From an uncultured Actinomycetes bacterium (lineage in GTDB: Bacteria > Actinomycetota > Thermoleophilia > RBG-16-64-13), in NCBI GenBank assembly GCA_963706025.1, contig CAVPLM010000005.1:608001-672000 (forward strand): DNA of 64,000 bases. Direction: 5' to 3'. This document shows positions 9,922-19,631 of the stretch, piece by piece. The notes under the pieces were generated by a model. That model did not search any database and was not told where the DNA came from. It saw nothing but the letters and a program-made list of their open reading frames with translations. The number at the start of each line of letters is the position of its first letter. Positions within the stretch are counted from its first letter, which is position 1. Position numbers and translations under genes: made by a program.

Positions 9922-10220
9922 GGCGATCTCTCCTTTCGCCTGGTTGCTCGAGTCAAGAGCCCGTATGCGCAGAGCATCGCGACCATCGCGATGGCGGCCT
10001 GGACCACCCGGGTCACGTTCACGATGGGAATGCGCGCCGTTCGTCCCTCCCTTGAGACGAGCACCGCGCACGGCCAACTTCGCACCAGGACTCCACTCCT
10101 CCACCTCAGAGCCGCTGACCTGGAGACCGGGGTGACCGTGACAGAACCCACCTCCACCGCGGGTGACATTACGGTCCTGAAGGTAAGGAAGCGACGCCTA
10201 TTGTCCCGGGCAGATTCCAT
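9918..10220 (-). CDS. Hypothetical protein with C-terminal membrane anchor, coupled to the YtfJ-like gene
   Basis: 100 aa, ATGA overlap with the downstream gene, hydrophobic C-terminal segment. Confidence 0.55.
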   Translation of the reverse strand: MESARDNRRRFLTFRTVMSPAVEVGSVTVTPVSRSAALRWRSGVLVRSWPCAVLVSREGRTARIPIVNVTRVVQAAIAMVAMLCAYGLLTRATRRKERSP

Positions 10221-10255
10221 CTAAGGGTTGATACCCACTCGACGCAGTTCTAGTC

Positions 10256-10308
10256 ATGGCTGCGACGAGCGCCTGGGACGACGCGTCAACCTTCACGTTC
10301 GTCCCGGC
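10256..10308 (+). repeat. Direct repeat, copy 2 (decayed internal fragment of the 6233..6502 gene)
   Basis: Translates MAATSAWDDASTFTFVPA versus MAATSAWDDVFSFTVVPA in the intact gene. Confidence 0.9.
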
Positions 10309-10365
10309 GAGCGGCCCACAGCACCACCCGCCTCGGTCACGGCGGCGCGCATCCGGCGGCCGCTT

Positions 10366-11025
10366 CTACAGAACTACCCGCCGGCTCTCCAGATGCAGCG
10401 TCACTTTGCGCTTGATGCGCTGGAGGGCGTTGTCCACCGTTTTGGTGTCGTGACCTATGTGGGCGGCGATGGCCTCGTAGGAGTTCCCCTCCAGGTAGTA
10501 CTTGAGCACCCGCGACTCCAACGGGCTGAGCAGCCGCACCAGGCAATCGGTGAGGCTGACCACTTCCTCCGAACTGATCACTTGTTGCACCGGGTCACTC
10601 GCCCGCCCTGAGGGGATCACATCGGCAAGAGTGCGGCTGTCGAAATCGGCGCTGGATGGCGAGTAGCTGAAGCTCACGTAGGTATTGAGCGGGAGGTGTT
10701 TCTGCCGAGAGGCCGTCTTGATCGCAGTGATGATCTGCCGGGTCACGCACAGCTCGGCGAAACTGCGGAAGCTCGTGCTACGGTCGTGCTCGTAGTCGCG
10801 AATGGCTTTGTAGAGCCCGATGTAGCCCTCTTGGATGAGATCGTCGCCGTCTCCTCCGGCCAGGAAATACGAATTGGCCTTGAGACGAACAAAGTAGTGA
10901 TATCGGGTCAGGATCCGTCGGGTGGCGTCGGCATCACCGCTCTTAGCCCGCGCTACAAGCTCCTCGTCGGTCCAGTCGGCTGTGGTCGCCTCAGCAGCCT
11001 TCCTCGCAAACGCCGCGCTTTCCAT
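10366..11025 (-). CDS. sigH: RNA polymerase sigma factor SigH (Spo0H type)
   Basis: YFLAGGDGDDLIQEG, FAELCVTRQIITAIKTASRQKHLPLN and DNALQRIKRK; canonical position after yacP. Confidence 0.95.
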   Translation of the reverse strand: MESAAFARKAAEATTADWTDEELVARAKSGDADATRRILTRYHYFVRLKANSYFLAGGDGDDLIQEGYIGLYKAIRDYEHDRSTSFRSFAELCVTRQIITAIKTASRQKHLPLNTYVSFSYSPSSADFDSRTLADVIPSGRASDPVQQVISSEEVVSLTDCLVRLLSPLESRVLKYYLEGNSYEAIAAHIGHDTKTVDNALQRIKRKVTLHLESRRVVL

Positions 11026-11070
11026 CGGTCGTCCCTCCCGCTAGAGGTTGCGGAGCCGAGTCTCGGACCC

Positions 11071-11697
11071 CTATTCCGGTCGGCTCGGTTCCTCCGGCTG
11101 CGCGGACAACTCGTCCCGCAGCGCCTTCAGCCTCTCCACCGTGTCGGGGTCGATCCTGTCCTCGATCCTGTGACTCATTGTAATGCAATTCTCAGGATTT
11201 GCAATCCTTTTTGTGTGTTCTTGCAAATCTGCCACGAATTGCCGGGACGAGCGCCGGATGACGTTGGGGACAAAAATGGTCTTCTGCAGTTGGTAGTCGG
11301 ACGACACCACCACTACATTTTTCCCTGCACTTATCGCATAAACCTCCCTTTCGATGATGCTGTCCGCAGAGCGTGAGAACGACCCGAAATACACGTCCAC
11401 ATTTGCGGTTGCACTCTCGGTCTTTTGCAATACCTGGGAGTGCGAATCGAACACCACGATGGCTCTGTCGGAACTCCCACCCATGTAGCTGGCGATACGG
11501 TCGAGCAGCCGGCGCCGCTCGTCTTCCAGATCGACTGCACCCGGGCCGGTGGACGACCCCAGGCCGTGCTGGGGCCGGCGCCCGTCACGTCCCTGTCGTG
11601 CTTGAGCCGGCTGCGACCGACTGGGACGCTCGTTCTCTTGATGATGCCCCAGGAACTGGTGGAGCACGTTGTAGCCGTCGATGAGATAGACCGTCAC
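11071..11697 (-). CDS. yacP: NYN-domain ribonuclease YacP/Rae1 family
   Basis: YLIDGYNV, VVFD, SADSIIE and VVSSD motifs; GTG start; lies between rlmB and sigH. Confidence 0.88.
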   Translation of the reverse strand: MTVYLIDGYNVLHQFLGHHQENERPSRSQPAQARQGRDGRRPQHGLGSSTGPGAVDLEDERRRLLDRIASYMGGSSDRAIVVFDSHSQVLQKTESATANVDVYFGSFSRSADSIIEREVYAISAGKNVVVVSSDYQLQKTIFVPNVIRRSSRQFVADLQEHTKRIANPENCITMSHRIEDRIDPDTVERLKALRDELSAQPEEPSRPE

Positions 11698-11710
11698 GGG
11701 TGACTCTCCC

Positions 11711-12656
11711 TCACGCGTCGTCCGGCGACGCTGCGCCCGGCCCTGGCGGCCGCGGAGCGCCAGATGCGGCCGCCTGCGTGGCCGCCCGAGCGGCCGCCTG
11801 CGCACCACGCTGCCGTAACGCCTCATACAGGAGGACGCCGGTCGACACGCTCACATTGAGCGAACCCACCCGTCCGGCAAGCGGCAGCCCGACCATCACG
11901 TCACACAGCGAGTCCACCCGGCGACCCAGTCCCTCCCCCTCGGAACCCACCACGAAGCAGGTCGGATACTCATAGTCCTGGCAGGTGTAGAGGCTGTCTG
12001 CCCCGGAAGCTGCCCCGTATATCCAGAAACCCGCTTCTTTGGCCTGCACCAAGGAGTCGGCCAGATTGCGAACCCTGACGACGGCTGCATGCTCGCTGGC
12101 GCCGGCGGAGGCCTTAACCACGGCAGCGGTCACCTCGGCCGCGCGGTGCCGCGGGATGAGCACGCCCGCCCCGGTCCCCTCCGCGGTTCTGATGACGGCC
12201 CCCAGATTGTGCGGGTCCTGTATCTCGTCCAATGCCACCAGCAGCGTGTGATCGCGCGAGGACTGCCTCCAGTTCGAGGTACGGATAGGGATCGACTTCC
12301 GCGGCGATGCCCTGATGGTCGCCCGTCCTCAGGCGGGAGCTCAGTTCCCCGGCCGGCAGCCGCTGCACAGCGGGAACTGCGCACGAAGCGTCGGCGCACC
12401 AGTCCTGCAGGCTGCGCTCCAGCCCCTCGCCGCCTTCGCCCATCGCGACCAAGACCGCGTGCACGCGCCTGCGCCCCCGTAGCGCCTCACGCACAGGATT
12501 ACGACCGTAGATGAACTCGGTCCCAGCGGATGGGCCGTCACGGTTCTCCGACTCGCGGCGCCTCGGGCGCGGCGCCCCGCCGTGCGCCGCGCCGGGAGCG
12601 GAGCCGGGCGCGAGCCTGCGCGCCGGTCTACCTGGCTGCGACGATCTTGTAGCCAC
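11711..12656 (-). CDS. rlmB: 23S rRNA Gm2251 methyltransferase RlmB (TrmH family), frameshift near 12245
   Basis: IYGRNPVREAL and HQGIAA in one frame; QDPHNLGAVIRTA, VGSEGEG and SLNVSV in the next. Confidence 0.92.
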
Positions 12657-14163
12657 TGGGGACGTCCCGGATTTCGAAGCCCCGCTCGGCTATGGCGGCG
12701 CGCAAGGCGTCGGCCCGGGCGAAGTCCCGAGCAGCCCGGCATTGCCGGCGCTCTTCGGCCATGGCCACGATGTCAACAGGGATGGCCTCATCGCCGCCGG
12801 CTAAGGCCTCAAGCCCCAGAACGTGCACCATCTCCACCATCCCCGCGCGTACCCGCCCCGCCGTCTCCGGCGATAGCCCACCGCCGGCCAAGGCGGCATT
12901 GGTCTCGCGAGCCAGTCCGAACACCTCGGCCAAAGCTGCGGCGGTATTCAAGTCGTCGGCCAAGGCATCGGTGAAAGCGCGGCCGCGTACCGCCGCATGC
13001 GCCAGGAAACGGGCGTCCCCTTCCGGCGCTGTCGCGGCCGGTGCGGCGTCACCCTCGGCGACCGGAGTGCAGCCCGAAGCCGCGGCCCGGTCGGCCAACT
13101 CCCGGAACACGTTGCGCAGCCGGTCGACCTGTTGCTCGCTCTCCTCGAGGAGTTCCGAGCTGAATTCCAGCGGACTGCGGTAGTGACTGCCCAGGAAGGC
13201 GGCGATGAGCGCCTCCGGCCGGTGCTCGTCCAGGATATGGCGCAGGGTGAGGATGTTCCCTATGCTCTTGGACATCTTCTCCTCGCGCAGGTTGAGCATC
13301 CCGTTGTGCATCCAGAAACGCACGAACGGCTCCTGCGAGGCATCTCCGGACTGCGCGCCCTCCGTCGGGGCGCGCCCGGATAGTCCGCCCCCGGCCATCG
13401 CGCCCCCGGCCATCGCGCCCTCGGCCATCGCGCCCTCGGCCTGGGCGATCTCGTTCTCGTGATGGGGGAAGATAAGGTCCCGGCCTCCCCCGTGGATGTC
13501 GAACCCCATTCCCAGATACTTCAGACTCATGGCCGAACACTCGATGTGCCATCCGGGCCGGCCCGGCCCCCAGGGGCTATCCCAGGCCGGCTCTCCCGGC
13601 TTGGCTCCTTTCCAGAGGGCGAAATCCAGCGGGTCGGCCTTCTCTTCTCCAGGGTCGATGCGGGCTCCGTGCCGCATCTCCGCCACCTGCTGCTTGGATA
13701 GCTTCCCGTATGCGGCCCAGCTATCGACGTCGAAGTAGACGTCTGGACCCGACTGGTACGCATGTCCCCTCTCCACCAGTGCGGCAATGAGATCGATGAT
13801 CTCCTGGATGTGCTCGGTGGCCAACGGCTCGATGTCCGGGCGCCCCAGACCCAAACGATCGGTGTCCTCGCGATAGGCCTGGGCGAATTCCTCGGCCACC
13901 TCCCGCGAACTCCGGCCCTGAGCGTTTCCCTTCTGGATGATGCGGTCGTCGATGTCGGTGATGTTCTCCACCAGAGTGACCCGATAGCCGAGCGATTCGA
14001 AGTAGCGCTTCGCCACCATCGAGACCACATACGGCCGGGCGTTCCCCACGTGCACGTAGTTGTAGACCGTGGGCCCGCAGAAATACATGGTCACGTGGTC
14101 CCCGTCGCGAGGGACGAATTCCTTCTTCTCCTGGCTCAGGGAGTCGTACAGGCGCATCGTCAC
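12628..14163 (-). CDS. cysS: Cysteine--tRNA ligase
   Basis: CGPTVYNYVHVGNAR, GRPGWHIECSAM, DLIFPHHENE and KMSKS. Confidence 0.98.
   Translation of the reverse strand: MTMRLYDSLSQEKKEFVPRDGDHVTMYFCGPTVYNYVHVGNARPYVVSMVAKRYFESLGYRVTLVENITDIDDRIIQKGNAQGRSSREVAEEFAQAYREDTDRLGLGRPDIEPLATEHIQEIIDLIAALVERGHAYQSGPDVYFDVDSWAAYGKLSKQQVAEMRHGARIDPGEEKADPLDFALWKGAKPGEPAWDSPWGPGRPGWHIECSAMSLKYLGMGFDIHGGGRDLIFPHHENEIAQAEGAMAEGAMAGGAMAGGGLSGRAPTEGAQSGDASQEPFVRFWMHNGMLNLREEKMSKSIGNILTLRHILDEHRPEALIAAFLGSHYRSPLEFSSELLEESEQQVDRLRNVFRELADRAAASGCTPVAEGDAAPAATAPEGDARFLAHAAVRGRAFTDALADDLNTAAALAEVFGLARETNAALAGGGLSPETAGRVRAGMVEMVHVLGLEALAGGDEAIPVDIVAMAEERRQCRAARDFARADALRAAIAERGFEIRDVPSGYKIVAAR
13391..13435. repeat. 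Three 15-bp tandem repeats inside cysS
   Basis: (C/T)CGGCCATCGCGCCC three times, encoding GAMAE-GAMAG-GAMAG. Confidence 0.9.
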
Positions 14164-15647
14164 GCCCCTCCCCGTGTCCCAGGACCAGGCGCGTTCCGAG
14201 CCACGAAGGCGGCCGCCGCTTCCAGCCTCGAAAGGATCCTGCTCTTCCCCAGCCCTCCCACGAGGTAATACAGTTCCGGGCCTTCGTCCCTACCACTCAA
14301 CGCCACGCGCAGAGGTTGGTAGATCGACTTGCCTTTGATGCCCCGCTCTCTGGCCACTTCGACCAAGTCTCGCAGGACTTCCCGAGCCTCCAGGGAGGGC
14401 ACGAACTCGGCCGGCAACCCGGCGAAAGCCTCCTTGGCCAGCTCGAAAACGGCGCCGGCCCCCGGAGCGAGCAAGGCCTGGGCAAAGGGACATGTGGCCG
14501 GATCGCTCTCTTCCACGAACACGGCCGCGTATTTCGGCGCGTCCCCCAGCACCACCAGGTTGGCCTGCACCGCCTCGGTCACCACCTCCCGCTGCACCGG
14601 GGCCAGCTTGACGCCGCCTGCAGCCAGATATGGCTCGATCGCCTCGTAAAGCTCCACCGTACCGAACTCCCGTATATACAGGCCGTTCAGCCAATTGAGC
14701 TTCTGTGCGTCGAAGATGGCGGGGCTCTTCGACACCCGTTCGAGCTCGAACTCCTCCACCAACTCGGCCAGAGTGAACTTCTCCCGTTCGTCGGCGGGGT
14801 GCCAGCTCAGCAACGCCAGGTAGTTGACGAGGGCCCCGGAGAGGTAGCCCAGGCCCTTGAAATCGCCAATGGAGGTGGCCCCGTGCCGCTTGGACAGCTT
14901 GCTCCCGTCGGGAGCAAGGATCAAGGAATGGTGTCCGTAGCGTGGCGTCGGTTCACCCAGAGCGGAGAAGAGCATGAGCTGGCGGGCGGTGTTGGTGATG
15001 TGGTCCTCGCCCCGGATGACGTGGGTGATCTCCATGCCTGCGTCGTCGATGACAACGGCGTAGTTGTAGGCAAAGCCACCGTCAGTGCGCTTGATGATGA
15101 AATCCCCTATCACGTCCGACGAGAAGGTGATGGGCCCGTGGATGAGATCGTCGAAGGTCACGTCCCCTTGGGGCACCCGGAAACGGATCGCCGCCTCCTC
15201 CCCAGCCGCGAGCCGCGCCTCCACCTCGGTCGCAGGCAGCCGGCAGCAGGTGCGGTCGTACTTGGGCATCTCGCCCCGGGCCAGTTGCTGCTCCTTGCGC
15301 TGGTCCAACAGCTCTTGCGGGCAGAAGCAGGGGTAGGCGTGACCATCACCCAGCAATCGCTGCACCCCGGCTTCATACAGATGGGCCCGCTCGCTCTGTC
15401 TGTAGGGACCGTGGGGCCCACCCATGTCGGGGCCTTCGTCAGCATGGAGCCCCAGCCAGGCCAGGTCGCTGATGATGCTGGCGTCATGCGCGCTGGTGGA
15501 GCGCTTGAGGTCGGTGTCCTCGATCCTGAGCACCATGGCGCCGCCGTGATGACGGGCGTAGAGATAGTTGTAGAGGGCAGTGCGCGCACTGCCCACATGG
15601 AGCGACCCTGTGGGACTGGGAGCGAAACGCACACGAACGTCGGTCAT
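14160..15647 (-). CDS. gltX: Glutamate--tRNA ligase
   Basis: RFAPSPTGSLHVG, HVIRGEDH and KLSKRHG. Confidence 0.98.
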   Translation of the reverse strand: MTDVRVRFAPSPTGSLHVGSARTALYNYLYARHHGGAMVLRIEDTDLKRSTSAHDASIISDLAWLGLHADEGPDMGGPHGPYRQSERAHLYEAGVQRLLGDGHAYPCFCPQELLDQRKEQQLARGEMPKYDRTCCRLPATEVEARLAAGEEAAIRFRVPQGDVTFDDLIHGPITFSSDVIGDFIIKRTDGGFAYNYAVVIDDAGMEITHVIRGEDHITNTARQLMLFSALGEPTPRYGHHSLILAPDGSKLSKRHGATSIGDFKGLGYLSGALVNYLALLSWHPADEREKFTLAELVEEFELERVSKSPAIFDAQKLNWLNGLYIREFGTVELYEAIEPYLAAGGVKLAPVQREVVTEAVQANLVVLGDAPKYAAVFVEESDPATCPFAQALLAPGAGAVFELAKEAFAGLPAEFVPSLEAREVLRDLVEVARERGIKGKSIYQPLRVALSGRDEGPELYYLVGGLGKSRILSRLEAAAAFVARNAPGPGTRGGA

Positions 15648-16189
15648 GGTCTCTCTTCGTTAGTAGTCCCCGGGGCTTCTGTCGACCTGTCGTTCGCCGC
15701 GACCCGCTGAACGAGAGCCACTGCCTGCGCGGCAATGCCCTCCCGCCGCCCGCTGAACCCCATTCCTTCGGTGGTGGTGCCCCTCAGGCTCACTTGTTCC
15801 ACGCGGACCTCCATCGCCGCCGCCAGGCGCTCGCGCATGGCCTGACGGTGCGGGGCGATCCGCGGCTCTTCACAGATGACCACGGCATCAACGTTGACCG
15901 GCTCCCAACCATTATGCCGCAGGATCCCAACCACCACCTTCAGCAGCTTAAGGCTGTCGGCACCGGCGAAGGCCGGGTCGGTGTCGGGGAAATGATGGCC
16001 GATGTCCTCGAGACCTGCGGCGCCCAGCAGCGCGTCCATGATCGCGTGTGCGAGCACATCGGCGTCACTGTGGCCTCCGAGGCCGCCTTGTTCGCGCAGT
16101 CGCACCCCTCCGAGCACGAGAGCGCGCCCAGGCTGGAAGCGGTGGGCATCGTAACCCAGACCTACTCTGAGTCCGGGATCGCCGTTCAC
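15644..16189 (-). CDS. ispF: 2-C-methyl-D-erythritol 2,4-cyclodiphosphate synthase
   Basis: RVGLGYDAH, GHSDADVLAHA, DIGHHFPD and TTEGMGF; exact start uncertain (GTG at 16189 used). Confidence 0.95.
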   Translation of the reverse strand: MNGDPGLRVGLGYDAHRFQPGRALVLGGVRLREQGGLGGHSDADVLAHAIMDALLGAAGLEDIGHHFPDTDPAFAGADSLKLLKVVVGILRHNGWEPVNVDAVVICEEPRIAPHRQAMRERLAAAMEVRVEQVSLRGTTTEGMGFSGRREGIAAQAVALVQRVAANDRSTEAPGTTNEERP

Positions 16190-16256
16190 TTTGGGGGTCC
16201 GACTCTTGGCCGGCACTCTGCAGCGGTCTCGTTGCCGGCTTCCGGCCGGGTCTCGG

Positions 16257-16976
16257 TCACCATCGACGCTCCGCCAGTATCTGTTCGGCAAGCCGCAGAT
16301 CGACCCGGTCGGTGATCTTGAAGTTCTCGGGCGAGCCTTCCACCACCGCCACCCGGCCCCCGCGCGCCTCGACGAGCGCGGCATCATCCGTCGCGTCTGC
16401 GAGTGCCTCGTCGGATACGCGGTAGGCGTCCATCAGGGCCTGCCAGCGGAAGATCTGCGGAGTCTGGGCCCGCCAGAGATTGCGTCGGTCGGGGGTGCTC
16501 CTGATGAGACCACCTTCGTCGACGATCTTCACCGTGTCGACGCTGGGAATAGCCAGAACTGCCCCGTCCAGGGTCGGGTCGGCCGCGAGGGCAGCGACGG
16601 CCCGGCCTATCGCGTCGCAAGTCACCAGGGGCCGGGCTCCGTCATGCACTCCCACCAGATCCCAGGAGCCGACTTCAGCCAGCGCCAGAAGACCTCTCTT
16701 GACCGATAAAGGTCGCTCCTCACCGCCGGCCGTCACCAGCGCCACCTTGCCGATCCGTTCCATCGCGATCTCGTTGATGCAATACTCCACGTCCGGGAAG
16801 TTGACCACCACCGCGAGGGCGTCGACTTCGGAACAGGAGCCTAGGGTGCTGAGAGTGCGCTGCAACATGGGGATGCCCAGCAGGGGAACGTACTGCTTGG
16901 GAAGCCCCGAATCGAGGCGGGCGCCGTAGCCGGCCGCGGCCACCACCAAGGCCAGACTGAGTCCTGGGCCTCCCAT
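16257..16976 (-). CDS. ispD: 2-C-methyl-D-erythritol 4-phosphate cytidylyltransferase
   Basis: AAGYGAR...PKQY, VHDGARP, AQTPQIF, TDDA and NFKIT. Confidence 0.96.
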   Translation of the reverse strand: MGGPGLSLALVVAAAGYGARLDSGLPKQYVPLLGIPMLQRTLSTLGSCSEVDALAVVVNFPDVEYCINEIAMERIGKVALVTAGGEERPLSVKRGLLALAEVGSWDLVGVHDGARPLVTCDAIGRAVAALAADPTLDGAVLAIPSVDTVKIVDEGGLIRSTPDRRNLWRAQTPQIFRWQALMDAYRVSDEALADATDDAALVEARGGRVAVVEGSPENFKITDRVDLRLAEQILAERRW

Positions 16977-16988
16977 ACCCTCTCCCTC

Positions 16989-18035
16989 TCAGGAGGTCAG
17001 TCGCGCGAAGATCATCTTCCCCGCCGGGTTCTGCAGAACCGAGGTGACTTCCACCTCCACGTCCTCACCCAGCCGGCCGCGACCGCCCTCGATCACCACC
17101 ATGGTCCCGTCATCCAGATACGCCACTCCCTGGTCTTCTTCCTTGCCCTCGCGAAGGACCCGCACACCCAGGCTTTCTCCGGGCAACACCACCGCCTTCA
17201 GGAAGTTGGCCAGTTCGTTGACGTTCAGGACCTCTACCCCCTGGATATGGCAGAGCTTGCTGAGGTTGTAGTCGGTGGTGAGGATGCAGGCCTTCATCTC
17301 CTTGGCCAGCTTGATCAATTTGGCGTCCACTTCAGCCACATTCGGATAATCCCGCTCGATTATCATCACCCGGTTGTGGGCCTCCTGGAGATCGCGCACG
17401 GTGTCTAGACCACGCCGACCGCGGGCCCGTTTGCCGGGCTCGGCCGAATCGGCGATTGACTGCAGCTCCTCCAACACGAAACCGGGCACGACCAGATCCC
17501 CTTCCAAGAACCCGGTGGCCACAACGTCGCCGATGCGCCCGTCGATGATGACAGAGGTGTCGAGCAGTTTGGGCCTTATGAACTGCTCCGCCCCCGGTTG
17601 CTGCAGCAGCCCCTTGAACCCCAGAACCCGAGCTAGGTCGGTGTGGCGTTTGTAGGCCAGGTAGGCGAACAAGTAACCGCTTATCGCGAACAGCAGCGGG
17701 AGCAAGTACGGCCCCACCACCGGCAGGTCCTTGATGGCAAGGCTGCCGAGTGCGGCGATGCCCAGGCCGATAAGGAGCCCGAGGGTGGTGAAGATGAGAC
17801 CGCTCGCCGTGAGCAGCGAACTGGCTCTATCGAGTCGCCGGCCCAGACCGGTCGCGGCCCGACCGAGGAAGCCGCCCAACACCACCCCGAGAAGGATCCC
17901 CACCACAACGCACAGCGCCACAAGAAGCGGGTACGCGACCGTACCCAGGTCGGAGTGGGGCAAGTACTCGATGGCCAACTCGTAGCCGGTCACCCCACCC
18001 ACGAGGGCCAGGAGCAATCTCAGGGCGAATACCAT
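16989..18035 (-). CDS. yacL: Membrane PIN/TRAM-domain protein (YacL family)
   Basis: Four N-terminal TM segments, LDTSVIIDGRI, RGRRGLD, TTDYNL and QGVAYLDDGTMVV. Confidence 0.93.
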   Translation of the reverse strand: MVFALRLLLALVGGVTGYELAIEYLPHSDLGTVAYPLLVALCVVVGILLGVVLGGFLGRAATGLGRRLDRASSLLTASGLIFTTLGLLIGLGIAALGSLAIKDLPVVGPYLLPLLFAISGYLFAYLAYKRHTDLARVLGFKGLLQQPGAEQFIRPKLLDTSVIIDGRIGDVVATGFLEGDLVVPGFVLEELQSIADSAEPGKRARGRRGLDTVRDLQEAHNRVMIIERDYPNVAEVDAKLIKLAKEMKACILTTDYNLSKLCHIQGVEVLNVNELANFLKAVVLPGESLGVRVLREGKEEDQGVAYLDDGTMVVIEGGRGRLGEDVEVEVTSVLQNPAGKMIFARLTS

Positions 18036-18039
18036 CCCT

Positions 18040-18552
18040 CTACCGGCCCGCGTAGCGTGGTCGAGCGCAGATCTCTGCGAGAATGCCGTCGAGCAGGCGA
18101 AGAGCATCGTCTTCCCGCATGCGCTTGGCGCACATCACCTCGGAAGCAAGGATGCGCTTCACTCTGCCGTACATCTGCTTCTCGCCGGTAGAGAGCCCCT
18201 GTTCGTGCTGCCTGAGGGCGAGATTGCGGAGAACGTCGGCGATCTCCAGGACATCTCCGCTCTTGATCTTCTCCCTATTGTGCTTGATCCGGCGATTCCA
18301 GTCCTTGGGCATCTTGGTGGGATCGTCACGAAGGACCCCGAGCACCTCGTCGACCATCGGCTCTGGGATGACCGCCCGGATGCCGGCATTCTCCACTCCA
18401 TCCACCGGCACCATCACAGTCATGTCGTTGTGTAGTATCCGGATGTTGTAGAAGCGGCGCGGCAGCCCCTGGAAATCCTGCTCCACTATGCCCAGTATCT
18501 GACCGGCCCCGTGCTGAGGGTAGACGATGGTCTCGCCCACGCGGAACATCAC
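18040..18552 (-). CDS. carD: CarD family transcriptional regulator
   Basis: FRVGETIVYPQHGAG, conserved WNRR, LSTGEK. Confidence 0.95.
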   Translation of the reverse strand: MMFRVGETIVYPQHGAGQILGIVEQDFQGLPRRFYNIRILHNDMTVMVPVDGVENAGIRAVIPEPMVDEVLGVLRDDPTKMPKDWNRRIKHNREKIKSGDVLEIADVLRNLALRQHEQGLSTGEKQMYGRVKRILASEVMCAKRMREDDALRLLDGILAEICARPRYAGR

Positions 18553-19631
18553 CCGTACCGCTCCAGGAGGTTGACTTCGCGCAGGCGCACCAGACCCTCG
18601 CGGATATCGTTGGCCCGGGCCATCCCCACTCCGTCGATGGCGGCCAGTTCCTCTACCGTCGCGTCGAGCAGGCCCCGCACATTGCCGAACCGGGAGGCCA
18701 GCGCTTCGATGACCGTATCGTTCAAGCGGGGGATCTTCCGCAGCATGCGGTAGCCACGGGGGCTCATGTGCTTCTCCAGGGTCAGGACGTTGGGGCCGTA
18801 GCCCAGGATCTCGCCCACTCGAGCCAGGGAGAGCAACTCCTCGGAGCGAAGGGCCCCCAGGGCCTCGCGAGCTTCCTTCAGCCGCGCGGGGGAGGGATCC
18901 GGCAGATAGTCGGCCAGGATCGCGGCCCGGTCCTCGCGCACGTCCACCATCAGTTCCTCCAGCTGAAGTTGCACCAGTCGGCCTTCGTCACCCAACTCGA
19001 TGATGTAGTGCTCGATCTCCTGGACGATCACCAGCACCATCTCCGAACGCTGCAGCACGGATAGAACGTCGTGGAGGGTCACTGCATCCTCGAACTCAAG
19101 GGCCGACAGCGACGTGGACACCTGGTTGAGCCGGGCCTTGAACTTCTCCAGGGTCTGCAGCGCCTGGTCGGCCTTATCCAGGATCACGCGGATCGGGTCC
19201 ATTATGTAGCGGATGCCGGCCAGATAGATGGTCACCACGTCGCGGGCCGCCGAGATGGAGATGGCAAGAGCGTCGATCTGCTTGGCGACCCGCTCGGCAG
19301 TGCGATGGCGGGTACCGGTCTCTTGGGACTCGATGCGGGCGTCGGGCATCAACTGCACGTTGGCATGGATGATGTGCCTGCCGGTACGGTCGAGAAGGAT
19401 GGCCCCGTCCATCTTGGCAAGCTCGTAGAGGATCATGGGCTTGAGTTCGACGTCGATGTCGATCCCCCCGGAGATCATGGGTCTGATCTCCTGCTCGTCG
19501 GCGAACACGAGCAACGCTCCCGTGCGGGCCCGAACGACGTTGTCGATCGCCTGCCGGATCATCGTTCCCGGGGCGACCATCTGCAGGGCTTCGACCAATC
19601 GTGCCTCTAGGGCCGGGGGACGCTTACCCAC
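18549..19631 (-). CDS. disA: DNA integrity scanning diadenylate cyclase DisA
   Basis: ELAKMDGA, ETGTRHRTAER and a C-terminal HhH motif IDGVG. Confidence 0.97.
   Translation of the reverse strand: MGKRPPALEARLVEALQMVAPGTMIRQAIDNVVRARTGALLVFADEQEIRPMISGGIDIDVELKPMILYELAKMDGAILLDRTGRHIIHANVQLMPDARIESQETGTRHRTAERVAKQIDALAISISAARDVVTIYLAGIRYIMDPIRVILDKADQALQTLEKFKARLNQVSTSLSALEFEDAVTLHDVLSVLQRSEMVLVIVQEIEHYIIELGDEGRLVQLQLEELMVDVREDRAAILADYLPDPSPARLKEAREALGALRSEELLSLARVGEILGYGPNVLTLEKHMSPRGYRMLRKIPRLNDTVIEALASRFGNVRGLLDATVEELAAIDGVGMARANDIREGLVRLREVNLLERYG

Noticed and set aside
9481-11025. Sporulation capability implied by sigH and a YtfJ/GerW-like gene
   Set aside because: Both families occur in non-sporulating bacteria and no other sporulation gene is in the window.
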